The notes below the pieces were generated by a model that was not told the DNA's origin, ran no database searches, and saw only the letters and a list, made by a program, of their open reading frames with translations. Position numbers and translations under genes: made by a program. DNA of 62,600 nucleotides, counting the filler. It is 6 parts of 6 records of this genome, joined end to end, with 100 filler letters (N's around TTAATTAATTAA, not from the genome) between each part and the next. Parts side by side here need not be neighbours in the genome. Positions count along the whole stretch, not along the records: positions 1 to 16,839 come from SRR20825010_5093; 5 more parts are not named here. One strand, 5' to 3'. Position 1 is the stretch's first letter, and each line of letters starts with the position of its first letter. Of this stretch, positions 1-9,476 are shown piece after piece.

Positions 1-420
1 CTCGACCCAGCAATCAAACTGGGCCTGGGCGCGGGCGGAGGCATGCGGCGCCAGAATGCGTGAATCCCGGTCGAACGCCGAGATCAGCCGGGCGCGGGAA
101 GATTGCAGGGCCGGAAGCTGTGCGTCGCCCAGCTTCCAGTCAGCAAGGTTCTCCGGCGGCACGGTTTCACCCCGGGCGGATGCCAGAGTTTTTTCCGCGA
201 AATGCTCGGCATCGATCCAGTCCGCCATATCGTCCGCCTCATAGAGTGCGAAGCGGCGGTATTCGGCGGCAAGGTTATGCTCGAACCCGTCATCGGTATC
301 GACCTGCTTACGGACAGCATCGACCCCGTCGTAAATCTGGAACATCTGGGCGGAGGCCGGCGCGGCGACGGCCGGCAGCAACGCGATAGAAAATGCAGCA
401 ACAGTCAGAATCCGTTTCAT
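1..420 (-). CDS. Secreted protein, probable N-terminal part of a Rhodospirillales OmpA-family protein (runs off the window edge)
   Basis: Not in the ORF track. Hand translation from ATG 420 (SD AGGAGG upstream) gives MKRILTVAAFSIALLPAVAAPASAQ (signal peptide)...ARAQAQFDCWVE with no stop. The AQxxFDCWxE motif is one I recall upstream of OmpA C-terminal domains; the OmpA domain itself lies outside the window. Confidence 0.6.
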   Translation of the reverse strand, partial: MKRILTVAAFSIALLPAVAAPASAQMFQIYDGVDAVRKQVDTDDGFEHNLAAEYRRFALYEADDMADWIDAEHFAEKTLASARGETVPPENLADWKLGDAQLPALQSSRARLISAFDRDSRILAPHASARAQAQFDCWVE

Positions 421-598
421 CGGCTCTTCCTCCTCAACAGTGGACAGATGGTGTTCTAGCGGCCGGCTTTGGCGGGAACGGGACGGGTTTGGCCACATTC
501 GAACCGCAATCCTGAACCGGCTCCGGGGCGGCCTCGGTTGCACCGGCGGCCGATCCGCCCTATGTCTCAACGGGTTCTGTGACGGAGACGGAAAAGAC

Positions 599-1945
599 AT
601 GTCAGATATTGGCGGACTAGACCTGCTGGACAGCCTGATTACCAAGGCCCGAAAAGCCGGTGCCGAAACAGCGGACGCCATCTATCTCACCGGGCGTTCG
701 CTTTCCGTCTCCCAGCGCTTGGGCAACCCGGAAGCGGTCGAACGGGCCGAGGGCAACGATATCGGCCTGCGCGTCCTGATTGGAAAGCAGCAGGCCTCGG
801 TCTCCGGCTCGGACACACGGGCGGACGCTCTCGACGAGCTTGTCGAGCGGGCCGTTGCCATGGCGAAGGTCGCGCCGGAAGATCCCTTTGCCGGGATCGC
901 CGACCCGTCCCAGATCGCCGGGACCAGCCCCAAGATCGAAATGTTCGATCCTTACGAGCCGTCGGCAGAGGATCTGACCGACCTCGCCGCCGCCGCCGAA
1001 GAAGCCGGCCGCGCGGTCAAGGGCATCACCAATTCGGAAGGCGGAGACGCCGGCTGGAGCACAACCGAGGTCGCCTTCGCGGCGAGTAACGGTTTCTCCG
1101 GCCAGTACCAGCGCTCCAGCTTCTCCGTCTCCGCCGTCATGCTCGCGGGCGAAGGCCAGGGCATGGAGCGGGATTACGATTATACCGCCAAGGTGTTCTT
1201 CGCGGATCTTGAGGATGCGGCCGAGGTTGGCCGCCGGGCGGGTGAGCGGACGATCCGCCGCCTGAACCCGAAGCGCCCGTCCTCCCAGCGCGTCCCGGTG
1301 ATCTTCGATCCGCGGGTCAGCCGTTCGCTGCTCGGGCATCTCTCCTCCGCTATCAATGGCGTCTCCATTGCGCGGGGCACAAGCTTCCTGAAAGACAAGA
1401 TGGGCGAGCAGATCTTCGCCGACAGTATCCGCATCGTCGACGACCCGCTGCGCGATCGCGGTTTCCGCTCCCGTCCGTTCGACGCCGAGGGCCTGCCAAC
1501 CGAAAAACAGATGATCGTAGAGGATGGCAGGCTTGCCTCCTGGATCCTCGATCTGTCAACGGCCCGGCAGCTCGGGCTGGAAAGCAACGGGCACGCCTCG
1601 CGTGGCGTTGGCGGGCCGCCGAGCCCGTCCGGCACGAACCTTTACCTGGAGCCGGGCGAGATGAGCCCGGAGGATCTGATCAAGTCGGTCGGCACCGGTC
1701 TCTACATCACCGACATGATGGGCTCCAGCGTCAGCACCGTGACCGGAGACTACAGCCGGGGCGCGGGCGGCTACTGGATCGAGAATGGCGAGCTTGCCTA
1801 TCCGGTCTCCGAAATCACCGTGGCGGGGCACCTCACGGAAATCTTCCGGAACATGACGCCGGCGAACGATCTGACGTTCAAATATGGCACCGACGCGCCG
1901 ACCATTCGCGTCGATGGCCTGACCCTTGCCGGGTCGAACGCATAG
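599..1945 (+). CDS. pmbA: TldD/PmbA family metalloprotease subunit (PmbA/TldE)
   Basis: Motifs MERDYDY, SFLKDKMGE, FDAEG, SNGHA, TGDYSRGAGG and PVSEITVAG. ATG 599 follows GGAG. Confidence 0.9.
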   Translation: MSDIGGLDLLDSLITKARKAGAETADAIYLTGRSLSVSQRLGNPEAVERAEGNDIGLRVLIGKQQASVSGSDTRADALDELVERAVAMAKVAPEDPFAGIADPSQIAGTSPKIEMFDPYEPSAEDLTDLAAAAEEAGRAVKGITNSEGGDAGWSTTEVAFAASNGFSGQYQRSSFSVSAVMLAGEGQGMERDYDYTAKVFFADLEDAAEVGRRAGERTIRRLNPKRPSSQRVPVIFDPRVSRSLLGHLSSAINGVSIARGTSFLKDKMGEQIFADSIRIVDDPLRDRGFRSRPFDAEGLPTEKQMIVEDGRLASWILDLSTARQLGLESNGHASRGVGGPPSPSGTNLYLEPGEMSPEDLIKSVGTGLYITDMMGSSVSTVTGDYSRGAGGYWIENGELAYPVSEITVAGHLTEIFRNMTPANDLTFKYGTDAPTIRVDGLTLAGSNA

Positions 1946-2047
1946 GCCTTTCGATTTCTTTCACTAATTCGTGACTCGAAAAAGTGGCAATCCCGGTTGC
2001 GCCTCCCCAAATGAGGCACAATCGAGAAATTCTTATGGAGTCCGAAG

Positions 2048-2533
2048 ATGAGCTGCAAACGTGGCTTATCGCGCCTGTTTCTTGTGCTTGTCGCGGTTGG
2101 ACTGGCTGCTGCCGTATCCCGTGACCCGACAGACGCGACCGAAATGAACGCGCCCTATCCGTCCTTCAGCACGCACCAGGGCCTTGCCATCGGCGGATAC
2201 GATCCGGTTGCCTATTTCACCGACTATGCCGCCGTCCACGGAGACGAGGCGCATGCCGTGGAGCTTGATGGCGTGCGCTTCCTCTTCGCGAATGCCGACA
2301 ATCGCGCCCAGTTCCTGCAGGACCCGAAACGCTATCTGCCGCAATTCGGCGGCTACAGCACCTTCGCCCTCTCAAAGGGCAAGCTCTATGGCGCCGACCC
2401 GATGGTTTTCGACATCATAGACGGCCGGCTCTATCTCAGCCGGAACGAGCGGGTGCAGGAACTCTGGCACCGGAACCCCACCGGCTATATCCGTCAGGCG
2501 GAAGAGAACTGGGTGAAGCTCGGAGGGCGTTAA
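2048..2533 (+). CDS. YHS domain-containing exported protein
   Basis: Signal peptide, AIGGYDPVAYF and FLQDPKRYLPQFGG motifs. Confidence 0.8.
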   Translation: MSCKRGLSRLFLVLVAVGLAAAVSRDPTDATEMNAPYPSFSTHQGLAIGGYDPVAYFTDYAAVHGDEAHAVELDGVRFLFANADNRAQFLQDPKRYLPQFGGYSTFALSKGKLYGADPMVFDIIDGRLYLSRNERVQELWHRNPTGYIRQAEENWVKLGGR

Positions 2534-3510
2534 TCGCCTCTCGGCACTACCAGCTTGAGCGGTTGCGAGGGCAGGGAAATGCTGGCCGGCAGGTTGGTGA
2601 CGATATCCCCGTCCGCCTGCACGGGATCGCCGCTATAGGCCCCCTCCTCCGCCCAGATCGAAACCGACCGGGTCTGGATGATCCGGTAGCCGGCTGCTGA
2701 CGGCAGGCGGCCCATCATCATGTTCGCGGCATAACGAACCGCGTTCCACCTTCCGGCCCGCTCGAACAGGCAGACATGCAGGATGTCCGCATCCAGCCGT
2801 GCCTGCGGCGCGCACACAAATGTGCCGCCATAATAATGAGCTTTCGCGACCACGACCGAAGCCGCCTTGTAGGTATGGCCATTGATTGCCACCCGGTAAT
2901 AATGCGGTTTGTAGGAGGCCAGCTCCGACAGAGTGGTCAGCACATAGGCGCCCTTGCCGAGCCGGGCCTTCACCCGCGTGTTCACATTGGCAACCACATC
3001 CGCGTCAAGGCCGACCCCGGCCATCAATGTGAAACGATGACCGTTCACATCACCGACATGCGCATCGATGGCCGGGCCGCGCCAGATCGTATCGGCGATC
3101 GCCTCGGGTTTCACTTTCAGGCCGATCTCGGCGGCCAGCACATTCGCCGTGCCGAGCGGCAGGATGGCCAGCGGCAAATCCCCGCCGCTCATGCCGTTCA
3201 CCACCTCGTTGATGGTGCCGTCCCCGCCGGCCGCCACCACCGCATCCGGTGCGTTTTCCGCTTTCATCAGACTGTGCTGCCGGGCCTGACGGGCAAAGGC
3301 TTCCGCATCTCCCCGCGCCCCGGTCTCCAGAATCGTGACCGCGACGCCCTGCGCCTTCAACCGCTCGATGACGGATGAGAAAAGCGGATACCGCCGCTGC
3401 CCCGCTTTTGGATTGTAGATCACAACCACATGGGTCCGGCCATTTCCGGCATCGGACACCAGCGGATCGTTTCCTGTCACCCGGGCCGAATCGCCGGTGA
3501 TTTGATCCAA
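2530..3510 (-). CDS. Diacylglycerol/lipid kinase family protein (YegS/DagK-like); start uncertain
   Basis: YNPKAG, AAGGDGTINEV, LPLGTANVLA and QADGD motifs. Confidence 0.9.
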   Translation of the reverse strand: MDQITGDSARVTGNDPLVSDAGNGRTHVVVIYNPKAGQRRYPLFSSVIERLKAQGVAVTILETGARGDAEAFARQARQHSLMKAENAPDAVVAAGGDGTINEVVNGMSGGDLPLAILPLGTANVLAAEIGLKVKPEAIADTIWRGPAIDAHVGDVNGHRFTLMAGVGLDADVVANVNTRVKARLGKGAYVLTTLSELASYKPHYYRVAINGHTYKAASVVVAKAHYYGGTFVCAPQARLDADILHVCLFERAGRWNAVRYAANMMMGRLPSAAGYRIIQTRSVSIWAEEGAYSGDPVQADGDIVTNLPASISLPSQPLKLVVPRGD

Positions 3511-3548
3511 GTGAAACTCCCGCTTGCGGATTTTTCGCGGCCCGACAA

Positions 3549-3566
3549 ATGACAGTTTTATTAAGC
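3549..3566 (-). promoter_or_regulatory. Pho-box-like site facing the lipid kinase gene
   Basis: Minus strand reads GCTTAAT-AAAA-CTGTCAT against the consensus CTGTCAT-A(A/T)A(A/T)-CTGTCAY. Confidence 0.55.
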
Positions 3567-3615
3567 GGCCGCTGCGTTCGACAAATATAAATCGTTTTCT
3601 TGTTACAGATTCATG

Positions 3616-3633
3616 AAGTCATACAAAGTTCAT
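3616..3633 (+). promoter_or_regulatory. Pho-box-like site upstream of plcP
   Basis: AAGTCAT-ACAA-AGTTCAT with an 11-bp period, in the AT-rich divergent intergenic region. Confidence 0.4.
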
Positions 3634-3737
3634 TTTACAAAATATGGGGCGATTCATAATAGACGCCACAACAGAGATTGGCCCTAAGCGGTTTTCATTC
3701 AAGGTCCGGCAAGTTTTCAGAAACGGGATGACGGCAA

Positions 3738-4508
3738 ATGAACAGCCAGAAGGGTACCGACCGTTACCGGGCAATCTGGATTTCCGACATTCACCTTGGG
3801 ACCAAGGGATGTCAGGCTGAGTATTTGCTCGATTTTCTGAAGCATACGGAATCCGATTACCTCTATCTGGTAGGCGATATCATCGATATCTGGCGCATGA
3901 AGCGCTCCTGGTCCTGGAAGCAGAGCCATAACGACGTGCTGCAAAAGCTGCTGCGCAAGGCGCGCAAGGGCACCAAGGTGATGTTCCTGCCCGGCAATCA
4001 CGACGAGATGTTCCGTGGCTTCCTGGGGGAAAATTTCGGCCAGATCGAGGTCCGTGACGAGCATATCCATGTCACCAAGGACGGCCGCCGCTTCCTGATC
4101 CTGCACGGCGACCAGTACGACGTGGTGGTGAAGTACAACAAGTGGCTCGCGCTGGTCGGCGACAGTGCCTACAACCTCGCCCTCACGCTCAACACCCATT
4201 TCAACCAGATCCGCCGCTTCCTCGGCTATCCCTACTGGTCGCTCTCCGCCTATCTGAAGAACAAGGCGAAGCGCGCGGTCGAGTTCATCGGCAATTTCGA
4301 GCATGCGCTGGCCGACGAGGCCTCGAAGCGCGGCGTCGACGGCATTATCTGCGGCCACATCCACAAGGCCGAGATGAAGCAGATCGGCGATGTCATGTAC
4401 TGCAACGACGGCGACTGGGTAGAGAGCTGCACGGCGCTGGTCGAGCATCCGGACGGACGGATGGAAATCCTCAACTGGGCCGAGGTGCGGCATCTCACCT
4501 TCGCCTGA
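3738..4508 (+). CDS. plcP: PlcP-type phospholipase C (calcineurin-like metallophosphoesterase, often auto-annotated as UDP-2,3-diacylglucosamine diphosphatase)
   Basis: SDIHLG, VGDIID, GNHD (LpxH has GNRD), HGD and GHIH motifs; NDVLQKLLRKARKG and YWSLS segments. Adjacent to a GT4 and a lipid kinase. Confidence 0.8.
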   Translation: MNSQKGTDRYRAIWISDIHLGTKGCQAEYLLDFLKHTESDYLYLVGDIIDIWRMKRSWSWKQSHNDVLQKLLRKARKGTKVMFLPGNHDEMFRGFLGENFGQIEVRDEHIHVTKDGRRFLILHGDQYDVVVKYNKWLALVGDSAYNLALTLNTHFNQIRRFLGYPYWSLSAYLKNKAKRAVEFIGNFEHALADEASKRGVDGIICGHIHKAEMKQIGDVMYCNDGDWVESCTALVEHPDGRMEILNWAEVRHLTFA

Positions 4509-4521
4509 GGCGGTAAGCCCC

Positions 4522-5568
4522 ATGAAAATTCTTCTCGTCTCCGATGCCTGGTTTCCCCAGGTCAACGGCGTTGTCCGCACCCTGAACACGGTGATCGGCG
4601 AGCTCAAGGCGATGGGCCACGCCGTCGAAACCATCACGCCGGACCAGTTCACCACCATCCCCTGCCCGACCTATCCGGAAATCCGGCTGGCCTGCTGGCC
4701 CTTCTTTCGGGTCCCGGCGATGATCGAAGCGGCCCGGCCGGATGCCATCCATATCGCCACCGAGGGACCGTTGGGGATGACAGCGCGGCGCTATTGCGTG
4801 CGCAACAAGCTGCCCTTTACCACGGCCTATCACACGCGCTTCCCGGAATATGTCGAGCCACGCCTCGGCGTGCCGGTGTCCTGGACCTACAAGGTCATGC
4901 GGCATTTCCACGGCAAGTCCGCCGGCGTCATGGTGGCCACAAAATCCATCCGCGCCGATCTCGAGGCGCGCGGTTTCGACAACATCAGGGATTGGAGCCG
5001 GGGCGTCGATACCGAGCTGTTCCGGCCCCAGGCCAAGGACGCCACCGACGCGCCGAGGCCGGTTTTCATGTTTGTCGGCCGGGTCGCGGTAGAGAAGAAC
5101 CTGCCGGCCTTCCTTGAGCTGGACCTGCCCGGCAGCAAGGTCGTGGTCGGCGACGGCCCGGACATGACCATGCTGAAAAAGCGCTTCCCCGATACGATCT
5201 TCGTCGGCGCCAAGAAGGGCGAGGAGCTATCCCGGCATTACGCGGCGGCCGATGTCTTCGTCTTCCCGAGCCGGACCGACACATTCGGCCTGGTGATGCT
5301 GGAAGCCCTTGCGTCCGGCGCGCCGGTGGCCGCGTTCCCGGTCCCGGGGCCGCTTGATGTCATCGCCTCCGACAAGGTCGGCGTGCTGTCGGAAGATCTC
5401 GGCGCGGCGGCGAAGGCTGCGTTGAAACTCTCTGCCGAGGACTGCCGGGCCTATGCGCTCGGCTACAGCTGGCGGGCCTGCGCGGAGCAATTCTTCGCCA
5501 ATCTCGCACCGTTCGATTCCGATGCCGCTTTCGGCCGCCTCGGGGCACGGTCCGTCAAAGCGGCCTGA
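4522..5568 (+). CDS. GT4 glycosyltransferase, probable Agt-type glycolipid (glycosyl-diacylglycerol) synthase
   Basis: SDAWFPQVNGVVRT, HIATEGPLG, GRVAVEKN and FPSRTDTFGLVMLEA motifs; 13 bp downstream of plcP. Confidence 0.85.
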   Translation: MKILLVSDAWFPQVNGVVRTLNTVIGELKAMGHAVETITPDQFTTIPCPTYPEIRLACWPFFRVPAMIEAARPDAIHIATEGPLGMTARRYCVRNKLPFTTAYHTRFPEYVEPRLGVPVSWTYKVMRHFHGKSAGVMVATKSIRADLEARGFDNIRDWSRGVDTELFRPQAKDATDAPRPVFMFVGRVAVEKNLPAFLELDLPGSKVVVGDGPDMTMLKKRFPDTIFVGAKKGEELSRHYAAADVFVFPSRTDTFGLVMLEALASGAPVAAFPVPGPLDVIASDKVGVLSEDLGAAAKAALKLSAEDCRAYALGYSWRACAEQFFANLAPFDSDAAFGRLGARSVKAA

Positions 5569-5670
5569 CATTTTACACCAATAAGAACTTGGCCCGGCAA
5601 CGGTGCCCTAGTATGCATTCCCGTAATCGCGAAAAGTGACCGGTCAGGTCCCGAAGCTCGAACGGAAAGC

Positions 5671-6396
5671 ATGCTGAAACGTCTGTTGCGCACGGATACC
5701 GGCCGGGAGGTCGCAAGCCGCCTGCTGGCCACCCTGATCCGTGGCCTCGCGCGCACCATCCGTTGGAAAATCATCAATCCGGAAACCGCGGACAGCGTAT
5801 TCCAAAGCGAGAAGCCGATTATCGGCGCTTTCTGGCATAATCGCATCATGCTGATGACGGAGATCTGGAACAGCGACCGGCCGTTCGCCATGCTGCAATC
5901 AAAGCATCCCGACGGCCGCCTGATCGCCCGCACCATCGAACATCTCGGCATCCGGGATATCGTCGGCTCCGGCGGCAAGGGCAAGGGCGGCGCACAGGCA
6001 TTGCGCGGCATGCTGCGAGCGCTGCAAAGCGGCACCAGTGTCGGCGTCACACCCGACGGTCCGCGCGGCCCCCGCATGCGGGCCTCCGGCGGCGTCATTA
6101 CACTCGCCCGGATGAGTGGCGCGCCCATCTACCCCGTGACCTGGAACGTTTCCCGCCGACGGGTATTGCGCAGCTGGGACCGGTTCATCTTCGCCCTGCC
6201 CTTCAGCCGCGGTGTCTATATCTGGGGCGAGCCCATTCATGTCCCCCGCGATGCGGACGAGGCGCAGATGGAAGCCCTACGCCTTGAGCTGGAAAGACGG
6301 CTGAACCAGCTTTGCGCCGAAGCGGACGCCGCCCTCGGAACGGACCCGATAGCTCCCGCCGACCCGGCGCCGGCATCGACACCGGAAACCTCATGA
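5671..6396 (+). CDS. DUF374 lysophospholipid acyltransferase family protein (LpxJ-like)
   Basis: FWHNR, SKHPDG, TPDGPRGP and SWDRF motifs; overlaps waaA by ATGA. Confidence 0.85.
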   Translation: MLKRLLRTDTGREVASRLLATLIRGLARTIRWKIINPETADSVFQSEKPIIGAFWHNRIMLMTEIWNSDRPFAMLQSKHPDGRLIARTIEHLGIRDIVGSGGKGKGGAQALRGMLRALQSGTSVGVTPDGPRGPRMRASGGVITLARMSGAPIYPVTWNVSRRRVLRSWDRFIFALPFSRGVYIWGEPIHVPRDADEAQMEALRLELERRLNQLCAEADAALGTDPIAPADPAPASTPETS

Positions 6397-7667
6397 TCTT
6401 CGCGCTCTACAAGGCGGCCATGCAGCTTGGCACGCCCGTCGTCGAAGCCTTTCTGCAAAAGCGCCTTGCGCGCGGGAAGGAAGACCCGGAGAGAATTTCG
6501 GAGCGCCGGGGCATCGCCACCCGGGAACGTCCGGACGGACGGCTATTCTGGGTTCACGGCGCCAGCGTCGGTGAATGCCAGGCGGCTCTCGCCCTGATCA
6601 ACCGTTTGCTGGCGCGGGACCCCGGCCTGCATGTCCTGCTGACAAGCGGCACCAGAACGTCCGCCGAACTGATGGCGGGAAGACTGCCGGAACGGGCAGT
6701 CCATCAGTTCGTTCCCATTGATCATCCGCACTGGATCGCGCGCTTCCTCGATCACTGGGCCCCTTCGGCCGCCGTGTTCGTCGAATCGGATCTCTGGCCG
6801 AACCTGGTTCTCGCCGCCCGGTCCCGGAACATCCCGCTTGTTCTGGCCAATGCCCGCATGTCCGAAAGCTCTTTTATCAGGTGGCGCCGGTTCGGCTTCC
6901 TGACCGGCCGGTTGTTCCGGGATTTTTCCCTGGTCCTGGCCAGCAACGATCAACAGAAAGCAGGCTTCGAGAGCCTGACGGACGCACCGGTACTTTCCAT
7001 CGGCAACCTGAAGCGCGCGGCGGCACCGCTTGCAGTCGACGCAGCCGCACTCGACGCATTGAAGCAAGCCATCGGCACGCGGCCGGTCTTTCTCGCGGCG
7101 AGCACCCATGATGGCGAGGACCTCGCCATGCTCGATGCCCATCGCAGGGCCGCCGAAACCGTGCCGAACCTGCTGACCATCATCGTTCCGCGCCACCCGG
7201 CCCGTGGCCGCGATATCGCGGCATTGGCCGCCGCCAAAGACCTTCAGGCCGTGCGCCGGGAGAATGGCGCAGTGCCCGACGCGACAACCGCGATCTATGT
7301 GGCCGACACATTGGGGGAAATGGGCTGCTTCTTCACGCTCGCGAATACGGTGTTCGTTGCCGGATCCCTGATCCCGGTCGGCGGGCACAATCCGCTGGAG
7401 CCGGCCCATTTCGGCAAACCGGTTCTGTTCGGACCGCTGATGGCGAAGAATGCAGATATTGCCGCCGACATGATCGCGGCAGGCGCCGCCGAAGAAGTGG
7501 ATGCTGCCGGGCTTGGCGACCGGGTCGCCGCCTTGACGGGAGACAGCCCGGCGCGCGCGGCCATGGCCGCCGCCGCCCTTTCCTTTGCACAGGGGCAAGG
7601 CCGGATCGCGGATGACATGGCCGAACGGGTTCTGACGGCGACCTCCCGCCCCGGAGAGACAAGGTGA
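6393..7667 (+). CDS. waaA: 3-deoxy-D-manno-octulosonic acid transferase
   Basis: WVHGASVGE, ESDLWPN, ASTH, PRHPAR and GGHNPLEPA motifs. Confidence 0.95.
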   Translation: MIFALYKAAMQLGTPVVEAFLQKRLARGKEDPERISERRGIATRERPDGRLFWVHGASVGECQAALALINRLLARDPGLHVLLTSGTRTSAELMAGRLPERAVHQFVPIDHPHWIARFLDHWAPSAAVFVESDLWPNLVLAARSRNIPLVLANARMSESSFIRWRRFGFLTGRLFRDFSLVLASNDQQKAGFESLTDAPVLSIGNLKRAAAPLAVDAAALDALKQAIGTRPVFLAASTHDGEDLAMLDAHRRAAETVPNLLTIIVPRHPARGRDIAALAAAKDLQAVRRENGAVPDATTAIYVADTLGEMGCFFTLANTVFVAGSLIPVGGHNPLEPAHFGKPVLFGPLMAKNADIAADMIAAGAAEEVDAAGLGDRVAALTGDSPARAAMAAAALSFAQGQGRIADDMAERVLTATSRPGETR

Positions 7668-8653
7668 AAGCGCCGGGCTTCTGGCATCGCGGCGGTATCC
7701 TACCGGCTGTGATGACACCTGCCTCCTGGCTCTACCGGGCCGCAGCATCCCTCAAATCCAGCTTCGTCAGTCCGTATCAGGCGGCGATACCCGTGCTATG
7801 CGTCGGCAATCTCGTTGCTGGAGGCGCCGGGAAAACACCTGTCGCCCTGGCGCTCGGCCGGGCTCTGGTCCGGCGCGGCCTGAAGGTCGCCTTTCTCAGC
7901 CGGGGCTATGGCGGCAGCCAATCTGGACCGCTGCAGGTTCTGCCGGACCGGCACAGTGCCCGCGATGTCGGCGACGAGCCGTTACTGCTGGCCGAAGCCG
8001 CGCCGACATGGATTGCCCGCGACCGGGCCGCCGGTGCCCGGATGGCGGCGGAGGCAGGCGCGGACATCATCCTTCTCGATGACGGTTTCCAGAACCCCGC
8101 CCTCGCTAAAACCATGTCCGTGCTGGTGGTGGATGGCGGCTATGGTTTCGGCAATGGCCATGTCATTCCGGCAGGGCCGTTGCGTGAGCCGGTATCGCAA
8201 GGGCTGGCCCGGGCGGATGCCGTCATGCTGATGGGAGACGATGCCGGCGGTCTGGAAGACGTGCTTAGTGAAACGCTCCCGGTTTTTCGCGGCCATCTGA
8301 CGCCAACCCGCGCAAGTACGGGATTGCGGGGTGAACGGGCCATCGCCTTTGCCGGGATCGGACGGCCCGGGAAATTCTTCGACACGCTGCGGACGCTCGG
8401 TGTCGAGCTGATTGCAACCCGGTCTTTCGGGGATCACGAGCCCTATCACGGGGAAGACCTGATCGATCTGATCGCCGAGGCAGAGCAGGAAGATGCCCTG
8501 CTGCTGACCACGTCCAAGGATCATGTCCGGTTACCGGAAGAGCTGCGGCTACTGATCCGGCGGGTCGATGTGGAGCTTGTCTGGGAAGATCCAGCCGGTA
8601 TCGAGACCCTGCTGGACAGGATTGCCGCGCAGGAAACCGGAGTTAGTTCTTAG
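7664..8653 (+). CDS. lpxK: Tetraacyldisaccharide 4'-kinase
   Basis: VGNLVAGGAGKTP, SRGYGG, GDEP, DDGFQ and PAGPLRE motifs. Confidence 0.95.
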   Translation: MKAPGFWHRGGILPAVMTPASWLYRAAASLKSSFVSPYQAAIPVLCVGNLVAGGAGKTPVALALGRALVRRGLKVAFLSRGYGGSQSGPLQVLPDRHSARDVGDEPLLLAEAAPTWIARDRAAGARMAAEAGADIILLDDGFQNPALAKTMSVLVVDGGYGFGNGHVIPAGPLREPVSQGLARADAVMLMGDDAGGLEDVLSETLPVFRGHLTPTRASTGLRGERAIAFAGIGRPGKFFDTLRTLGVELIATRSFGDHEPYHGEDLIDLIAEAEQEDALLLTTSKDHVRLPEELRLLIRRVDVELVWEDPAGIETLLDRIAAQETGVSS

Positions 8654-8657
8654 GCGC

Positions 8658-9476
8658 CTAGTTTTTCGGGGGTAGCGGCGGCACCAGAACGGCCGCGTCG
8701 ACGCGAACATCGAACCAGTTGATCCGCCAGTCCAGATGCGGACCGGTCGCCCGGCCGGTCGCACCGACCGTGCCGATCTGCACGCCACGCTTCACTTCCT
8801 CGCCAACCTTCACATTCACCGTCTGCATATGCAGGAAGGCCGAACTGAGGCCGTGCCCGTGATCGATGATCACCGTGCCGCCGGTATAATAGAGATCCGT
8901 CTCCGCCAACCGGACAATCCCGCCAGCAGGCGCGATCACCGGCGCGCCGGTCGGAGCGGCGACATCAACACCGAAATGCGGCCATTTGGGCGTGCCGTTC
9001 AGAATCCGCTGGCTGCCATAGACTCCGGAAATCCGTCCCGATGCCGGCCAGATGAAACCCTCCGCAAAATACGGATGATCCGTGTCGATCTCCCGCACGG
9101 CTTTGATTTTCGCGTTCTCACGGCTGATCCGGGCCTGCACTTCCGGTTTCGGCTCGACATATTTCTGCGGCAGACCGTCGATCCGCTGGATGTTGTAGGT
9201 CCGCTTGGCAACCTTCAGGGCCTTGCGCTCCTCGGATCCATCCGGCGCCGTGGCGACCAGCATTGCATCCGTCTCCGCATCGCGCCCGAAACCGAGCACG
9301 AACACCCCGTCGGCACTGACCCGCACGGGGCGGCCGTCGAGGGCCAGTTTAACGCCGGGATCAGTGCGCCCCATGATGATCCCGCCCTGGGTAAAGGCGC
9401 CGTTCATCTCCAGCGTCACGGCATCGGCCGGGCGTGCCAGCAAAGCCAGCATGGCGACAAGCAGGAAACGGATCAC
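8658..9476 (-). CDS. M23 family metallopeptidase (exported)
   Basis: Signal peptide; HFGVD (HxxxD) and GPHLD motifs. Confidence 0.9.
   Translation of the reverse strand: MIRFLLVAMLALLARPADAVTLEMNGAFTQGGIIMGRTDPGVKLALDGRPVRVSADGVFVLGFGRDAETDAMLVATAPDGSEERKALKVAKRTYNIQRIDGLPQKYVEPKPEVQARISRENAKIKAVREIDTDHPYFAEGFIWPASGRISGVYGSQRILNGTPKWPHFGVDVAAPTGAPVIAPAGGIVRLAETDLYYTGGTVIIDHGHGLSSAFLHMQTVNVKVGEEVKRGVQIGTVGATGRATGPHLDWRINWFDVRVDAAVLVPPLPPKN

Noticed and set aside
440-598. 53-aa N-terminal extension of PmbA
   Set aside because: It covers the divergent promoter region. ATG 599 has an SD and matches the normal family start.
3738-4508. lpxH call suggested by nearby waaA and lpxK
   Set aside because: The GNHD motif, linkage to a GT4 and a lipid kinase, and Pho-box-like sites fit PlcP better.
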